A stretch of DNA of 64,000 bases from the NCBI GenBank assembly GCA_051362555.1, contig CM120648.1, positions 12,830,587 through 12,894,586 on the forward strand, written 5' to 3'. The DNA is from Lingula anatina (taxonomy: Eukaryota; Animalia; Brachiopoda). Position numbers and translations under genes: made by a program. This document shows positions 13,163 through 26,074 of the stretch, piece by piece (position 1 is the first letter of the stretch; every line of letters begins with the position of its first letter). A model generated the notes under the pieces. That model was not told where the DNA came from, ran no database searches, and worked only from the letters and a program-made list of their open reading frames with translations.

Positions 13163-16100
13163 AAAGAAGAGCTGTAGAAAAAATGAGAAAAGCCGAAGAT
13201 GGCGCTAAGCGAAGAATATAGAAAGAGGAGAAGAGAAGAGCGGGCGTGGAAAGGAAGAGGAAGAAGGCTGAGGTACGAGAGCGAAAGGCACAGAGGGCAT
13301 TGGAGGTGAAACGTACGTAGAAAAGAGAAGAAGGAAGAAGAGAGAAAAAAGAATTTTTACGTTGCGTTGTTTGTAAAGCCTAGGTCCGAACCGAACGTAC
13401 AGGCTGCTACGTGTGGTCTACGGCCAAAAAAATGGGAAAAACTTGGGAGTTCGTGCGTGAGGAGCACATCCATCGTGCGACTTTTGGAAGACGCAAACAG
13501 CACGTAGTAACTTTTCGACATGATCAACAGCCGCTACGTGCGATCTAGCTACGTCCTAGCCGGACGCAAGGAACTAAAAAACCGTGCGTCCAAAACGTAT
13601 TTGGCACCTAGGCTTAACGCGCAAGAACATTTCACTTGCGCTTAAACCACTACAATTTTGGACGTTTTCCTGTGTTATATCTGCTGGAATTTATCTCAGT
13701 AAAGGAGAAACATTGGTTGAGTTATTTTGTTTTATATATTTTTTAAATATTTATATTGTTTTTTTTTCTTATTTATACCGCAAAAGTACATGACCCTACA
13801 AGTGATATGTTCTTGTGCGTTACAAACAACGCAACGTAAAAATAAACATACATACGTACATAACACAAACGCACATTATTATTCCATATGGTGAACAGAG
13901 TTGCGAGACAGCATAATAATAGAATAAATTGCAGTGATTTCGTTTTATGGAGTTAAATGTTTATTGCATTTTATAAAGGTCAGCGATGTTAAAAAACTGA
14001 ATACATTCATCTCTTTGTTAGGTCACAGCACTAGTCTGTTACATGAGTTCTCCGTCTTTTTTTTATCTATTTATTTTTATTGTATTTGTCACACTTTCGA
14101 TAAATTCTTTGTTGGTGGTGTGTGAGCTGTTAATGTTAATTGCTAGTTTTGTTATCATGAATTAAAGATTTTATTTTGAATCATTACTGGTGTTGTTACA
14201 TGTACCTGAAGGCTGCTCAAATGAATGATCGATGATTTTTAAAATGAGAAATATCAATATTATTCTTTCATAATAATGAATACAGTATTTTCAATTTGGC
14301 ATTTTAAATGACCAGACTACTTAATATCGCTTCGATACTCCGACGTAGCAGCAACTTCTCGTTTTGTTCCATAATCCGATCAAGGCAGTGGTAAATGAGT
14401 GGACTATTCCATTTTTTAGCAATATTTGTGTTTAAAAGTAAAAGACCAACTAAATATGAATAACAACTGCTGTTATGTTCATTGATATTCGCAATATAAA
14501 GCGCATTTGCCGTTTTATTGTCTTTTATAGACCCCCTGCGCTACATATTGCCTTGCATCTTATCTAACAAACTCTGACGCAACGTTATCTGCGCACTTCC
14601 GGTTTTGTTCCATAATCCGGGGTTTGAGAACAACATGAAGTTAACCATTATATTAGCGTTTTTCTCCAATAGTAACCCCAATCATATGGATTAAGCTTTA
14701 CAAGATAGTAAATAAAGCTCTATCGTAGCTACATGCAAAGTATTAGAGGTTAGTTTACGTTCATTTTTATACACAGACTGTGCAAAGCCGAAAAACGTCA
14801 AATATCGTTCCATAATCCGGGGTCGAGGTCTATATACATATAATTTACTTTTGATTTTCTTTCATTCAAAATTTTTAAAGTGCCCAAATCTTTGGAGTGT
14901 TTGATTTCAGAGTTAGACACTTCCACATGTTAATCAAAGTCCATATTGGTTCCTAAGTGAGGATAGCTTTGTGTTCTACAAGTCAGCTTAAAGAGATTTC
15001 CCTTGTTACTTGATCTAGTGATTCCACTGGTGCCTGCTATGGTTATGGCTCTGGTACCCAATATATCCCCAACATATTGTGAAGTGAAAGTCCGTTTAGT
15101 GACCTTGAAATAAAAACAGCTATGTTTCTACCTTCCATCCTTTTCGTTCATAAAGGGTTTTTACCAATTCAGTTTCTTAAATTGTTCAATTGATGGGTGG
15201 TTCTTGGCTTCTTTTTCTTGGATATCGAGAATGATGCTTGCGCCACGTTTTTTAAATTTGCGTATGTCTTCTAGCTTTGCGCATCTACTACATATAATGG
15301 ATCATTAATCTAAATGAAGTAGTAGGCCTACAGTATGTGCGTATTATAAGAAAATCTTGTTTCCATTACTAGAAGTTTCAATTTAGATAAATTCTTTTTC
15401 AAGTGTAGTCATTCCAGCTAAGCTCTTCATTTACATGCACACATACAAGTTTTTTTAATGCACATTCTCTAAAACTACCCAACAACCCCTAATAATCTGA
15501 ACCAACTCCACCAAGCTCTCTAGGAAGAATGAGGCAATATTTTTGTGTATTTTTTATTAAAAAATTCATTTGACTCAACTGTGTCTTTATAACTTTATAC
15601 TGTATTATCTTGATTGTTTTAAAAGCTTCAATTCACTTCAACCTTGTATCTAAAAAGTGACATATTGCTCAAAACTCTTCCAGATATGACTGTAATGACA
15701 CTCAGGAAATGATGTCGTTTTTGGAACAAAATTTGAGAATTGGCAAGGGACCACTGACCCTTACTAACTTGGCGCGTTTCTTTTTACCGGTAAAAATGAT
15801 ACATGGTTTGCTACATATAGCTTTGTCAAGGTTCCTAATTTGAAGAACATATATATATATATATGTATGAAATTCCTATTCATTCATCGTGTAATACTTT
15901 GTCAGTGCAAGTTACTTTCTCGACTAGTATATCAAGTTGTTTCATTTGTGATTTTGTCATTGTATTCATATAAAAATCTGTATCAATTAAGATTATATAT
16001 AAATATATATCACACCAGATTTGGCTATAGGTTACTTTTATCAGGTAAAGGAGAAATTGGCCTTCTCGAACAAGCTGTATAGTTTGATACACCGAGAAGT

Positions 16101-16647
16101 CGAACGACACCGCCAGGCTTTCGATCAAACTGACATCCGGGACTTCATTGACCTCTTCATAAAGGTCACCCAAGAGGGACAAGACTCAGAGATTTACACA
16201 GGTACGTGACTGTTAGAGAATCTGTTAACATCGAAATCTAACCCTCACTTGTTGTGATTTACAAAATAATTATTTAAACACCTGGCCTGTATATCGCCCG
16301 GTGGACTTTAAGGTAATAATCAATATGATCATCGACTATAAATGTATGTATGTGAACACACATACATGAGAACATACATGTATGAGAAAACGTTCATGTG
16401 CACTACCCACACCCTACACTCTAAAAAGGTGAAAATTTCAATTGATATAAATTTCAGAATGGAACGTATTTCGCATTATTGTTGATTTATTTTTCGCTGG
16501 AACGGAAACCACTACTAATACTTTGAGATGGTCCCTAGTGCATATGGTAAATAATTCGGACGTTCAGAAGAAGGTGCAGCAGGAAATTGATCAGGTAACG
16601 ACGTAAAAATGAGCACAAGAAACAGTGTGCGTGTCTGTGCGCGAGCG

Positions 16648-16682
<35 letters not shown>

Positions 16683-17700
16683 TGTGCGAGTGAGGGAGAG
16701 ATTACTGAAGGAGTTGGCTTTCTATTTTACTTTATTTCTGGGCAAATTACGTTTATACATGTATGAGTGTGCTAGCAGTACATTTTATTCCAAGATAACC
16801 GCTGTCTTTGTTGAAATTATACTAACTGTTTGATAAATGTGCTTTATTTAAGGTCATAGGTCAAGATCGCGTCGCCAAGATGGAGGACAAGGCCAGGATG
16901 CCGTTCACCGAAGCAACCATCTTGGAGGCCCTTCGTATGTCTCCCGTTGGTCAGTAAATACTGCCATTTCAACTGAATCCAAACCACTTCTAATTCATTC
17001 CTTAACTTATGCAGGAGGATAAGTGTTTGTTAGATCGCATTACCTTGTTTGAAAAGTAAGGCTTTCTTGTATAATTCAGAAATTAAGGATAATATATTTA
17101 TCCTATAAAGATCCATAATTTGTAAAAGATAAAATATTTATTTTAACCCTGCCATTAGTTCCCCTTGGTGTTCCCCATGCCACTAGTGAAACTACAAAAT
17201 TGGCAGGATACACCATTCCCAAGGGCACCGTGATACTGGGAGACTTGTACCGGGTTCTTCACGATAAGAATAACTTCCAAGATCCTTACAAGTTTAAGCC
17301 AGAAAGATGGCTGGATGCTGATGGTAAAGTGATCAAGTCGGACAAAATGATAGCGTTTTCCATCGGTACGTTACACTCCTAAGGTACATCATTTCTTGGA
17401 AATCACCCAAAATTGTCTATATGCAAAATGTGTGAGTATAGCTCTGATGGTCAACCTTGTGCCTACAAAATTCAGCTTATAGTATAATATTTCTATTTAT
17501 TTTTAAATAATTTTTCAGGACCACGAGCTTGCTTGGGTAGGGGACTGGCTGAAATGGAATTGTTCATTTTCTTTACCACGTTGCTTCAGAATTTTACCTT
17601 CAAGGTACCAGAGGGCGAGAAACCACCCGATGGAGTGGAGGGCTTCAATGGGGACACGTTCACGCCGTACCCCTACAACGTGTGCGCAGTGAGACGTTAG
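10134..17700 (+). CDS. Cytochrome P450, clan 2 (CYP2-like), gene 2; 8 exons, 500 aa
   Basis: Exons 10134-10518, 11387-11618, 15684-15789, 16045-16201, 16458-16594, 16853-16949, 17159-17365, 17519-17700. Introns are GT-AG and exon lengths match gene 1. Motifs AGTETT, EALR, KPERW, AFSIGPRACLG. Confidence 0.93.
10671..10719. repeat. (TA)n microsatellite
   Basis: Direct reading. Confidence 0.95.
13353..13843. mobile_element. MITE nested in the pogo-like element
   Basis: The inverted repeat ATTTTTACGTTGCGTTGTTTGTAA (13353-13376 / 13820-13843) extends to ~45 bp once the 13377-13614 insert is removed. Confidence 0.72.
13377..13614. mobile_element. PIF/Harbinger-type MITE inserted in the left TIR of the 13353-13843 MITE
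   Basis: AGCCTAGGT...ACCTAGGCT termini flanked by a TAA duplication (13374-76, 13615-17). Confidence 0.75.
14875..15275 (-). mobile_element. LINE (CR1/L2-like) ORF2 C-terminal relic
   Basis: The minus-strand reading [17 protein letters not shown]...FKKLNW*...[17 protein letters not shown] resembles the LQKRAARIIL...LNW...TRS...RT tail of CR1/L2 ORF2. It contains stops and frameshifts. Confidence 0.5.
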
Positions 17701-18072
17701 AACGAAGACACACTGTGCAAACAATTAACCTATATATACGTGCAAAACAAATCTGTTGTCTTATTAAGCGAGTACTTTCGTAAAATCATAAGCCTCGAAT
17801 TCTTCCCCCATGTCATGAGTACTGAATTGAGCGTTATCGTATATAACAAAGTGACATTTATACCAGGAGTTTCAATCAGGAGGTCATACTGTATATTCCG
17901 CACATACTCTGTAGTGATTTTCGAGCCGTTGTAATGATCATATTATTCGAAGCGGTTTCTCGCTGTGGTTATACACTTTCGGTTTTTGCATTGACATGTT
18001 TTCAGATACTGCCCTTGCAAAAAAAGGACCACAACATGATATGAGATACAGGTATGTTCACGTCACGTTTAA

Positions 18073-18287
18073 GGGCGTATTCCCATAGATTTTAGATCGA
18101 TCTATCCCCGTGGGGAGTCTCACTAGGTTACTGTCAGATAATCCGGCTTAAATGTCTGTCCTGCCTACTACAAGCTGTAAGGGGGTAATTAACTTTCGTG
18201 CCCGCTCGGCTGACAGCTATTTAGCGTGAAAACCCAGGGAGTTAGGTCGATCTAGTTTGGATCGATCTAATCTCTGGGAATGGGGCC
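18073..18287. mobile_element. PIF/Harbinger-type MITE
   Basis: TIR GGGCGTATTCCCATAGAT / ATCTCTGGGAATGGGGCC with a TAA duplication on both sides. A second copy lies at 62957-63171. Confidence 0.78.
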
Positions 18288-19659
18288 TAAGAGTTATATA
18301 CCAGTTTTTAAAGGTGTACAAGAGTGAGAACTGTGGTTTGCTTAACTTTAATGATAATTTTATTCCTGTCTGGTATCCTGGGTCTTTGTTAGCTTTCTTA
18401 TTTGATAAAAATATTATCTCTTTATTTTTATTGTCAAGAAATGCACAACAAAAAGTAAATTTAAGAAAACTTCAACGGTTAGTCAAAAATAATCAAAATT
18501 TAGATTGTCGGGATTATTTAATAAACGGAATAGTCAAAAAACCAATGACTTGTATATATGATTTTGTGAGATATTCATTCATATTCCTATGTTTCCCCAG
18601 ACCCTATAACATCAGAAACGTTTTGATCGGTTAATATACTATAGTAGTAGGTCAATGCCATTGGCCAGTTCGGTGAGCATATAAATGCTGGTGTTTGGCG
18701 TAAGGAGGAAAACCGTTGACAGATTTGCTGTACGTCTCAAAGTAATTAGGTCCCTTCGCAGCTCGACTCTGCCGGACGTCGTTCAGAGTTCTACTAGGAT
18801 TTGCAATGTCATGTACACGGCCAGGAGGGTGCCTGGGCTCACATAGAGACACCCCGTTTACTGGTGCAATGGTGGTGCATAAGTGATCACAAAAGATGTA
18901 CAGTGTATATTGGTTAGTGAGAAGCGTCTATATTAGTGACCACAAAGCCCACTGACTTTTACCAAAACGGGGAACAATTTTATACGCTACAGGAAGTTGA
19001 TGTGCTGGGATTATAAACTGAGATTCTCAAAGACATAGATTATTCCTTGAGCACAATCGACTTTTTTGAAATGCCTTTTTATCAACTACGATATTAAATT
19101 GCACTTAAACGAAGTTCCTGAAAAATTGTTTTAAAATTAATTTTTGTTTTCAAGTTTGCGTTTTTTTTCTGTACGGTAACTGGTAACTGTAATATTCTTT
19201 TGAGTTGCAAAATAGCACATAAAATAGGTAAATAAATATATATTTTGTTATTATTTTATAATAATTATTATAATAATTATAATAATAATTATTATTTTTA
19301 TGAAACGCACTCATCTATTACACTTTTAAGAGAGGGGAGTGGTCGGCCCTTCAAATACGCTGTAATTAAACCACATGGAAAAAAATGCCAACGCATACTA
19401 CCGGTACATGTATTAAGACCGTAATTAACTGAGACCTGAAATTTCCCCAGCATTATTTTCCTGATGGGATAGGACCAGTAGGAAGGTCCAGTCTGCCGTG
19501 CTTTGCCTGGTGACAGGTACACATGGTCCCCTACAATAGCTGCGTTATACATGTACTAATGTTTGTACATAAATAATAATGGTCGCATGTCAGCTTATAT
19601 ATAAATTCATCGACCCAGTTTTTGGATAATACGGGTTGATATATTTGACGGCGGTCTTT

Positions 19660-20008
19660 GGTTGAATGCTTATCCATGTAAGTATATGCACTACCAATAA
19701 ATGTGCCGGTAGTGAAGGCTTGGAAAACTTCGTTCCAGCGCATATTATTCGATCCTTTCAACAAAACCGTACCATATGAAATGTCACAATAGAGGGGTAC
19801 AGGTTCAGGCGACCCCTATCTTTTGAAAACAAAATATTTGACCTCTGGTTGAATGATTATACACGTACAGTATGTATTTGCACCAGCTACCAATATCTGT
19901 GGTGAAAGCTTGGGAAAGTTCGTTCCTATATTATTCCTTTCAACAAATAGGAAGTAATCATGTGAAGCAATAGAGGTGCAGGCGACCACTCTTTTTTGAA
20001 ATAAAAAA
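19660..20008. repeat. Degenerate ~185-bp tandem duplication upstream of gene 3
   Basis: Two units begin ggttgaatg (19660, 19847) and end caggcgacc...tttgaaa. Confidence 0.6.
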
Positions 20009-20045
20009 TGGGCAATTTATCCCATGTTGAAGCAAAAAAAAAATA

Positions 20046-20076
<31 letters not shown>

Positions 20077-20398
20077 AATAAAATAAAATAAAAATAAAAA
20101 ATAAGAAAAAAGACCGAAAAGAAATGCTACTGTAAATTTGCGTTTCATTTTAAAAACGCCCCTTTCATGGCGTGTTGCAATAATAAAAGAAAACGTGTAT
20201 TTCACATAGAGCAATGCCTTGCAGCACGTGACAAATTTGACCTTGCCCAGAGGTGACCGTACTGGTATGACGTGTGAGCAGTATATCGCTTCTTCAATAC
20301 TTGCATTTACATTGTACTGGTAGACGTGGTACATATTGTGATAGAAGGTGATCTTACGTCACCGTCAAGAACTTCCCGGTCGATACCACGGAGCCCAA

Positions 20399-22056
20399 AT
20401 GGCCAACGTCGTGGAGAATGTCTTCGAGTTGTTTTCCAATGTCGGTCTGCTGACTGTTTTGATATTCGTGGTAGTGCTGTTGTCAAGTCTGTGGATGCTG
20501 TCGTCGAGGAATCCTCGGGTGAACTGGCCGCCCGGACCTGTCTGTTTCCCCGTGGTGGGATGTCTCCCACAGATGATGATCAGCGGTAGGAGAAGACAAC
20601 CGACAGATTTTCTTCCATGGTATGATACATACGGAGATATCATGCACGTCAAACTTGGCGAACAACACATGATAATGCTGGGGACTTATGAGCTGATCCA
20701 AGAGGCTTTCGTGAAGAATGCAGCCACAGTCAGTGCCAGACCTACATGGATATATCTTGTAAAGCACATAGTCGGAAAGGACGGTAATTTACTGATTTCA
20801 TCATCTCTGAATGGTATTATATATATATATGGACACTTTCCCAACATATAGGCACATACAAAGTATTCACAACTGCGGAGCAAAGATTTTGATAGTGATG
20901 CACGGGTGAGGGGGTCGGGGTCACCAGGATAAAAAAATCAAACAGCAGACAAGGTTACCTTTGGAATATAATATGTTTAGCACGGGGATGGTACATTACT
21001 GTCTCGCTTTGCTAGTTTTACTTTTTAAAGAGGGTCAAGACATGCTTGAGAAGCTATAATTAAGGGAAAGGCAGGTGCCCGTTGTGCCCCCTGCTAACAA
21101 GTACAGTACACTTGTACTCGAGCCTCGTGACCCATGACCTGATATCTTGTAAGCAGAAGTAGGTTATGTCAACTCAGATTTGACAGAGAAAGTAACGACT
21201 GAAACATTGCCTCATTGTTTACATTCCATTATAAACACCGAGTACGTTTATTGTGGCTGTACTAGTGTAATGGGTGTCATTCCACAGTGCAAATTTAGCC
21301 TTAATTGCGACTTGGCGTTATGGTCAAGTACGGTCGGGCGGGGTTGAGGAGAATGGGGGTCCTGTCAATTTTAAAGGTCCACTGAAGGGAAGTGAATACT
21401 TACGAATGAGCATTGGTTGCCATCTTTGCGATGCCCTGATTTAGAATATTATATAAAATTAAATTATGCGGATCTTGCAATATCCCGTTATGTGTTTAGT
21501 TCATGACTCTGACTGAGTAATGAAATTAGTCACTTTCTGAAGAAACGTATTGTAAAAAGATATGTCTTGGTCGGTGTGAATTGTAAAAGCAGCTGAACTC
21601 TACTTTACATGTTGTGTATTTGTATATGTGTATTCTATTAGATAACATGTAAAAATATTTAGTAATAACAAAATGATATGTTAACTGCAGGGTCTGGAGT
21701 TATCTTTAAATCCGGGCACGAATGGAAAGAACTGAGGAGATTCACGCTCTCGTCTCTTCGAGATCTCGGCCTCGGGAGAAAAAGTTTACAAGAGAGAATT
21801 CAGGATGAGGCAAGATACTTGGTGCAAAACATTGAAGATGAAAATGGAAAAACTTTCTCTCCAAAAGAAAGGGTTGGGCACGCTGTCAGCAACATTATTT
21901 CAACCATTGTGTTTGGAGCTAGGTAAGCGGAAAGCTTTCTACATATCCTTATTAGTCCAGTCGTCATTTAGGGTATAGTAAATATGTGTAATTTATGAAT
22001 AAAGCGATTATTTACCTTTCATTGTATATGAACTCATACGAGTGGATTTGAATTAA

Positions 22057-22111
<55 letters not shown>

Positions 22112-24398
22112 TAAACTAGAGGCAAAATCTAGGGCTGAAAGCTAGTCGTTGGTAAAGGTAAGCATAACATTGATATAGATTTTTTTACAGAAGGCATTCC
22201 AAAGTACTTTAAATCTGAAACACCGAGCAGTTATGTACTCTAATTTTTTTTTAAATTACTCCACCGTGTTGAAATGTCTCATTAACTCAGTGTATATTAT
22301 CTTGATAATTCAAATAGCTACAATTCAGTTAAACTTAATATTTGAAAAGTGACCTTTTGCTTAAAATAATTCCAGATATGACTATAATGAAACCCCAGAA
22401 ATGCTGTCAGTTTTAGAACAATCTTTAAAAATTGGCCAGGGATCACTGACCCTGACTGACTTGGCGCGTTTCTTTTTACCGGTAAAAATTGAATGATTTG
22501 TTACATTTATCTTTGTGAAGGTTTTAAATTAAATTTTATATGTTATTAAACAATATTATATTTTGTCGTTACAAGTTATTCACTTTCAACTTCTATTAGC
22601 GATTTGAGCATTGTAATTATATAAAAAATTGTATCAGAAAATATAGTGAATTTTGCTTTACACAGATTAATATAGATAAATCTCTTTCAGGTTAAAAAGA
22701 TATTGGCTCTTTGTGACAAGTTTTATAGTTTGGTACGACAAGAAGTCGATCGACACCGCCAGTCCTTCGATCCAAATGACATCCGGGACTTCATTGACCT
22801 CTACATAAAGGTCACCCAGGATGGACATGATCCCGAGGTCTACACAGGCATGTGACTGTCAAAGAACCTGGAGATCTAACCCTCACTTGTTTTGATTTAT
22901 TTACGAGACGATTTTTAAAACACTTAGTCCATATCACCCGATCAACAAATAGAAAAGTTTCAATCATCAGCGACCGATCTACCTAAAATGAGTATATACC
23001 TACCTAAAGTGTGTAGGCCTATATACATACCTAAAGTGTGTAGGCCTATATACCTACCTAAAGTGTGTATATAAATACACGAGTGCAATCAGACATACAC
23101 ATGCGAGCACGTGGTTTAGTTAATTTGGTCGTGAGTAAGAGTTCACGTACACCCACCCCGACCTCCTTAAAATATTCATTTGATATAAATTTCAGAATGG
23201 AACGTATTCCGCATCATTGTTGATCTATATTTGGCTGGCACGGAAACCACTGCTAACACTTTGAGATGGTCCCTGGTTCATATGGTAAATCATCCGGACG
23301 TTCAGAAGAGGGTGCAGCAGGAAATTGATCAGGTAACAACGTAAACAACGTAACGACGGGAAAATGATAGCCAGAGAGCAAGATTACCAGTAGAGGAGTT
23401 GGCTTCCTATTATATTATCCATCTGAGAAAATTCTATCCAAGCAATAAATCATGATACCAGCAAAACTATAGTGATTTTTGATAAATATGTTTAATTTAC
23501 TTTAAGGTCATAGGTCAAGGTCGTGTTGCCAACATGGAGGACAAGGCCAGGATGCCATTCACGGAAGCGACCGTATTGGAGGTCTTTCGTATGTCCCCAG
23601 TTGGTCAGTAAATTTTGCCTAAATAATAAAAAAAATGTTCATTACACAGACAGTGTATTACAAACAAACGTGTTCGTAATATCGAAAAATCTTGTTGGAC
23701 AAGTAGAGTTATTGGCCTAATTTAGACATTTAAGGATACACTACTGTATGAGCCGAGTGCGTCTGATGCCTTTGAGACCAAAGGAAACTTTCCAGGTATT
23801 TTCTCCTGTAAAAGATCCATTATTTGTGTATTTACCTGTAAGATAAAAAAATTTATTTTCTTCCATGCCATCAGCCCCCCTTGGAGTTCCCCATGCCACC
23901 AGTGAAACTACAATTTTGGCGGGATACACAATTCCCAAGGACACCATGATTGTGGCAGATTTCTACCGGATTCTTCACGATGAAAATAACTTCCAGGATC
24001 CTTACAAGTTCAAACCAGAAAGATGGCTGGATGGCGATGGTAAAGTGACCAAGTCGGACAAAATGATACCGTTTTCCATCGGTGCGTTGCTTTACGTTAG
24101 ACATAGTATACCGCACATCAGCAACGATGTTAAAATCACTCAAGAATTGTGCAGATGTACTGATAAAGTGCACATTTATAGTTGTATAAAAGACGACGAG
24201 CAATTCATCCCCGGTTGCGGGGCTACAGTGGGTCGAAATACTCCCTAAGATCCGGTGTCTTTCCTGAAATAAATGCGTCCCATTTCAGACGAAGCATGCA
24301 TCTTGTCTACCTAAACCAAGTAAAAGTAGTGTAAAAAAAGTTAACTTTAAAGTACGAAATGCCTATATAGTTTTACTGTATTAAATCTTTTTTCGTAT

Positions 24399-24433
<35 letters not shown>

Positions 24434-24621
24434 TTTTAGGACCCCGTGTTTGCCTGGGAAAGGGACTGGCTGAAATGGAATTATTCATTTTCCTGACCAC
24501 GTTGCTTCAGAATTTTACCTTTAAGGTTCCAGAGGGCGAGAAACCACCCGATGGAGTGGAAGGTTTCTACGCTGACGCTTTTGCACCACGCATCTATAAC
24601 GTGTGCGCTGTTAGACGTTAG
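20399..24621 (+). CDS. Cytochrome P450, clan 2 (CYP2-like), gene 3; 8 exons, 500 aa (intron 4 has a GC donor)
   Basis: Exons 20399-20783, 21691-21922, 22376-22481, 22691-22847, 23196-23332, 23507-23603, 23875-24081, 24440-24621. Motifs AGTETT, EVFR, KPERW, PFSIGPRVCLG. The donor at 22848 is GC (CAG/GCATGT). Confidence 0.9.
22057..22109. repeat. Poly-A tract (~52 nt) in gene 3 intron 2
   Basis: Direct reading. Confidence 0.9.
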
Positions 24622-24991
24622 AATGAAGACGCACAGCGCAAACAATAAACTTACATGCGTGGAAAACGGCATCCATTATCTTTAAAGAAGCATATTAAGG
24701 CAGTAGTTATAATTGGCATCTTGATTGCTTCCCACGTGATATGAACACTGAATTGAATATAATCGTTGATAACCAAGTATATTGGTGTGGAATCAGGAAG
24801 CCATACACTGTATCTATTCTTAACAGATTTACGAAAAGACGGTCTTTTATCGTTTTCATTCTTATGTAGGGCACATGGAATATTTTTAAAATACCGTCTC
24901 GCTCCACTCACTATTTTGCCTTTTACGACTCAGGGTACACCCTAAGTTATTGGCCGTCGCCAAGGTTTCCTCAAAGGACGTTTATTTTATC

Positions 24992-25103
24992 CAGGGGCGG
25001 ATCCAGAGATATTTTCTGACAATCTACCAAATTACCATCATGTAAACTTGAAAAATCTGACAGTCTTCTGGAAGACCCAGACGACAGCCTCAATTCGCCC
25101 CTG
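24992..25103. mobile_element. Short MITE (CAGGGGCG...CGCCCCTG), 5-bp TTATC duplication
   Basis: TIRs and a TTATC direct repeat. The empty site is present in the paralogous gene 4 flank (~34931 attttatctacc). Confidence 0.7.
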
Positions 25104-25359
25104 TTATCTACCGGCCTTACCTATTCATGTCATACCTTCGGAATTGAACCGAATGTCAACCTTATGAATCGGCAATTTTCAATCTTAATCGTTATCATAA
25201 TATCAAACATTACCAATTTGCATTATTTTTACATTTTTCTATGTTCAAAGTAAGCTGTAGTAATAGTGTTTTTATTTTCAGTGCTAGAATCGTTTGTCAA
25301 GTCTGTTTCAGCGATAGACCTTGATTCTCGATGATACAGCGATGGATTTCTTTAATAAA

Positions 25360-25566
25360 AGTAGAAAAGCACTCCGAGAGTGCAGACCTCCGCCAAGGCA
25401 GCGATTTTTATTATTATTATTGATTATTGATCCGGATCACCACCAAAAACTAATCACTTCTAAGTTAATCCATTTCCCACCTACCCTGAAAATTTCATCA
25501 AAATCGGTCAATAACTTTTTGAGTTATGTTGATGACAAACAAACAGACAGACAGGGGTGAAAACAT
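25360..25566. mobile_element. Helentron-associated non-autonomous (HINE/DINE-like) element
   Basis: Begins TAGAAAAGCACTCCGAGAG..CAGACCTCCGCCAAGG, has the core gatccggatcaccaccaaaa...aaatttcatcaaaatc, and ends in an ACAA/ACAG microsatellite. It is absent at the paralogous site ~35615. Relatives lie at ~51690-51920, ~58545-58825 and ~61010-61325. Confidence 0.65.
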
Positions 25567-25747
25567 TTTATCAAGTTACGCATATCAGTTTAAGATGATA
25601 ACGGTTTTATTAACTGTGGAACCCAAAAATTGACATCTACATGAAACTTCGTGATTTTCTCTTTTCGTTTCCACTATAATTTTACGGAATAAGTACAAAT
25701 ATCTCCAAAGTAAGTCCACAGTAGAACACGTTGGTCGGGTCAATTAA

Positions 25748-26074
25748 AAGGATAACAACTGTTCAATTTGGCCAAAAAAAAAAAAAAAAAAAAAATGAAT
25801 TTTACTAGGGTAAATGACAATTTCCCCATACTTACAAATGGTTAATGAATTCATTTACAATCAGAGTTAGTCCCTTTTTTTTTCTAAAAAGTTTTTTTTT
25901 ATTTACTCTGTAAAGCCATCTATGGAGGTCACATGGTCCGAAGACGAGCACAGATTTCAGAATATTTGCTACAACTACGCGTTTGTGGTAAAATAGAAAA
26001 TATCATATTTATATTAATTGTTTACAGTGTTTTTATTATGAAATATAGATCTTATACGAAGAGTTGTTATCCCT
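25748..26074. mobile_element. TTAA-target MITE (Kolobok/piggyBac-type)
   Basis: TIR ARGGATAAYAACT flanked by TTAA on both sides. Copies lie at 36546-36883 and 51925-52236. Confidence 0.78.

Larger units (their letters stand above)
11748..14830 (+). mobile_element. Internally deleted pogo/Tigger/Fot1-like DNA transposon in gene 2 intron 2
   Basis: TA flanks. TIR GACCYCGACCCCGSATTATGGAACGA with subterminal repeats (11775-11801, 14596-14622). A CENP-B-type HTH relic at ~12765-12995 reads [25 protein letters not shown]...[18 protein letters not shown] (frameshifted). A K/E/R-rich coiled-coil tail lies at ~13100-13350. No DDE domain was seen. Confidence 0.82.

Noticed and set aside
22057-22109. 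Long poly-A as a retrotransposon or processed-pseudogene tail
   Set aside because: There is no upstream element or TSD. The paralogous intron has a short A-rich patch, consistent with slippage or homopolymer error.
25128-25190. Minus-strand B-box-like GGTTCAATTCC (also ~34965-34982), possible tRNA or tRNA-SINE
   Set aside because: No cloverleaf or clear A box was found. At best it is a very old SINE remnant.
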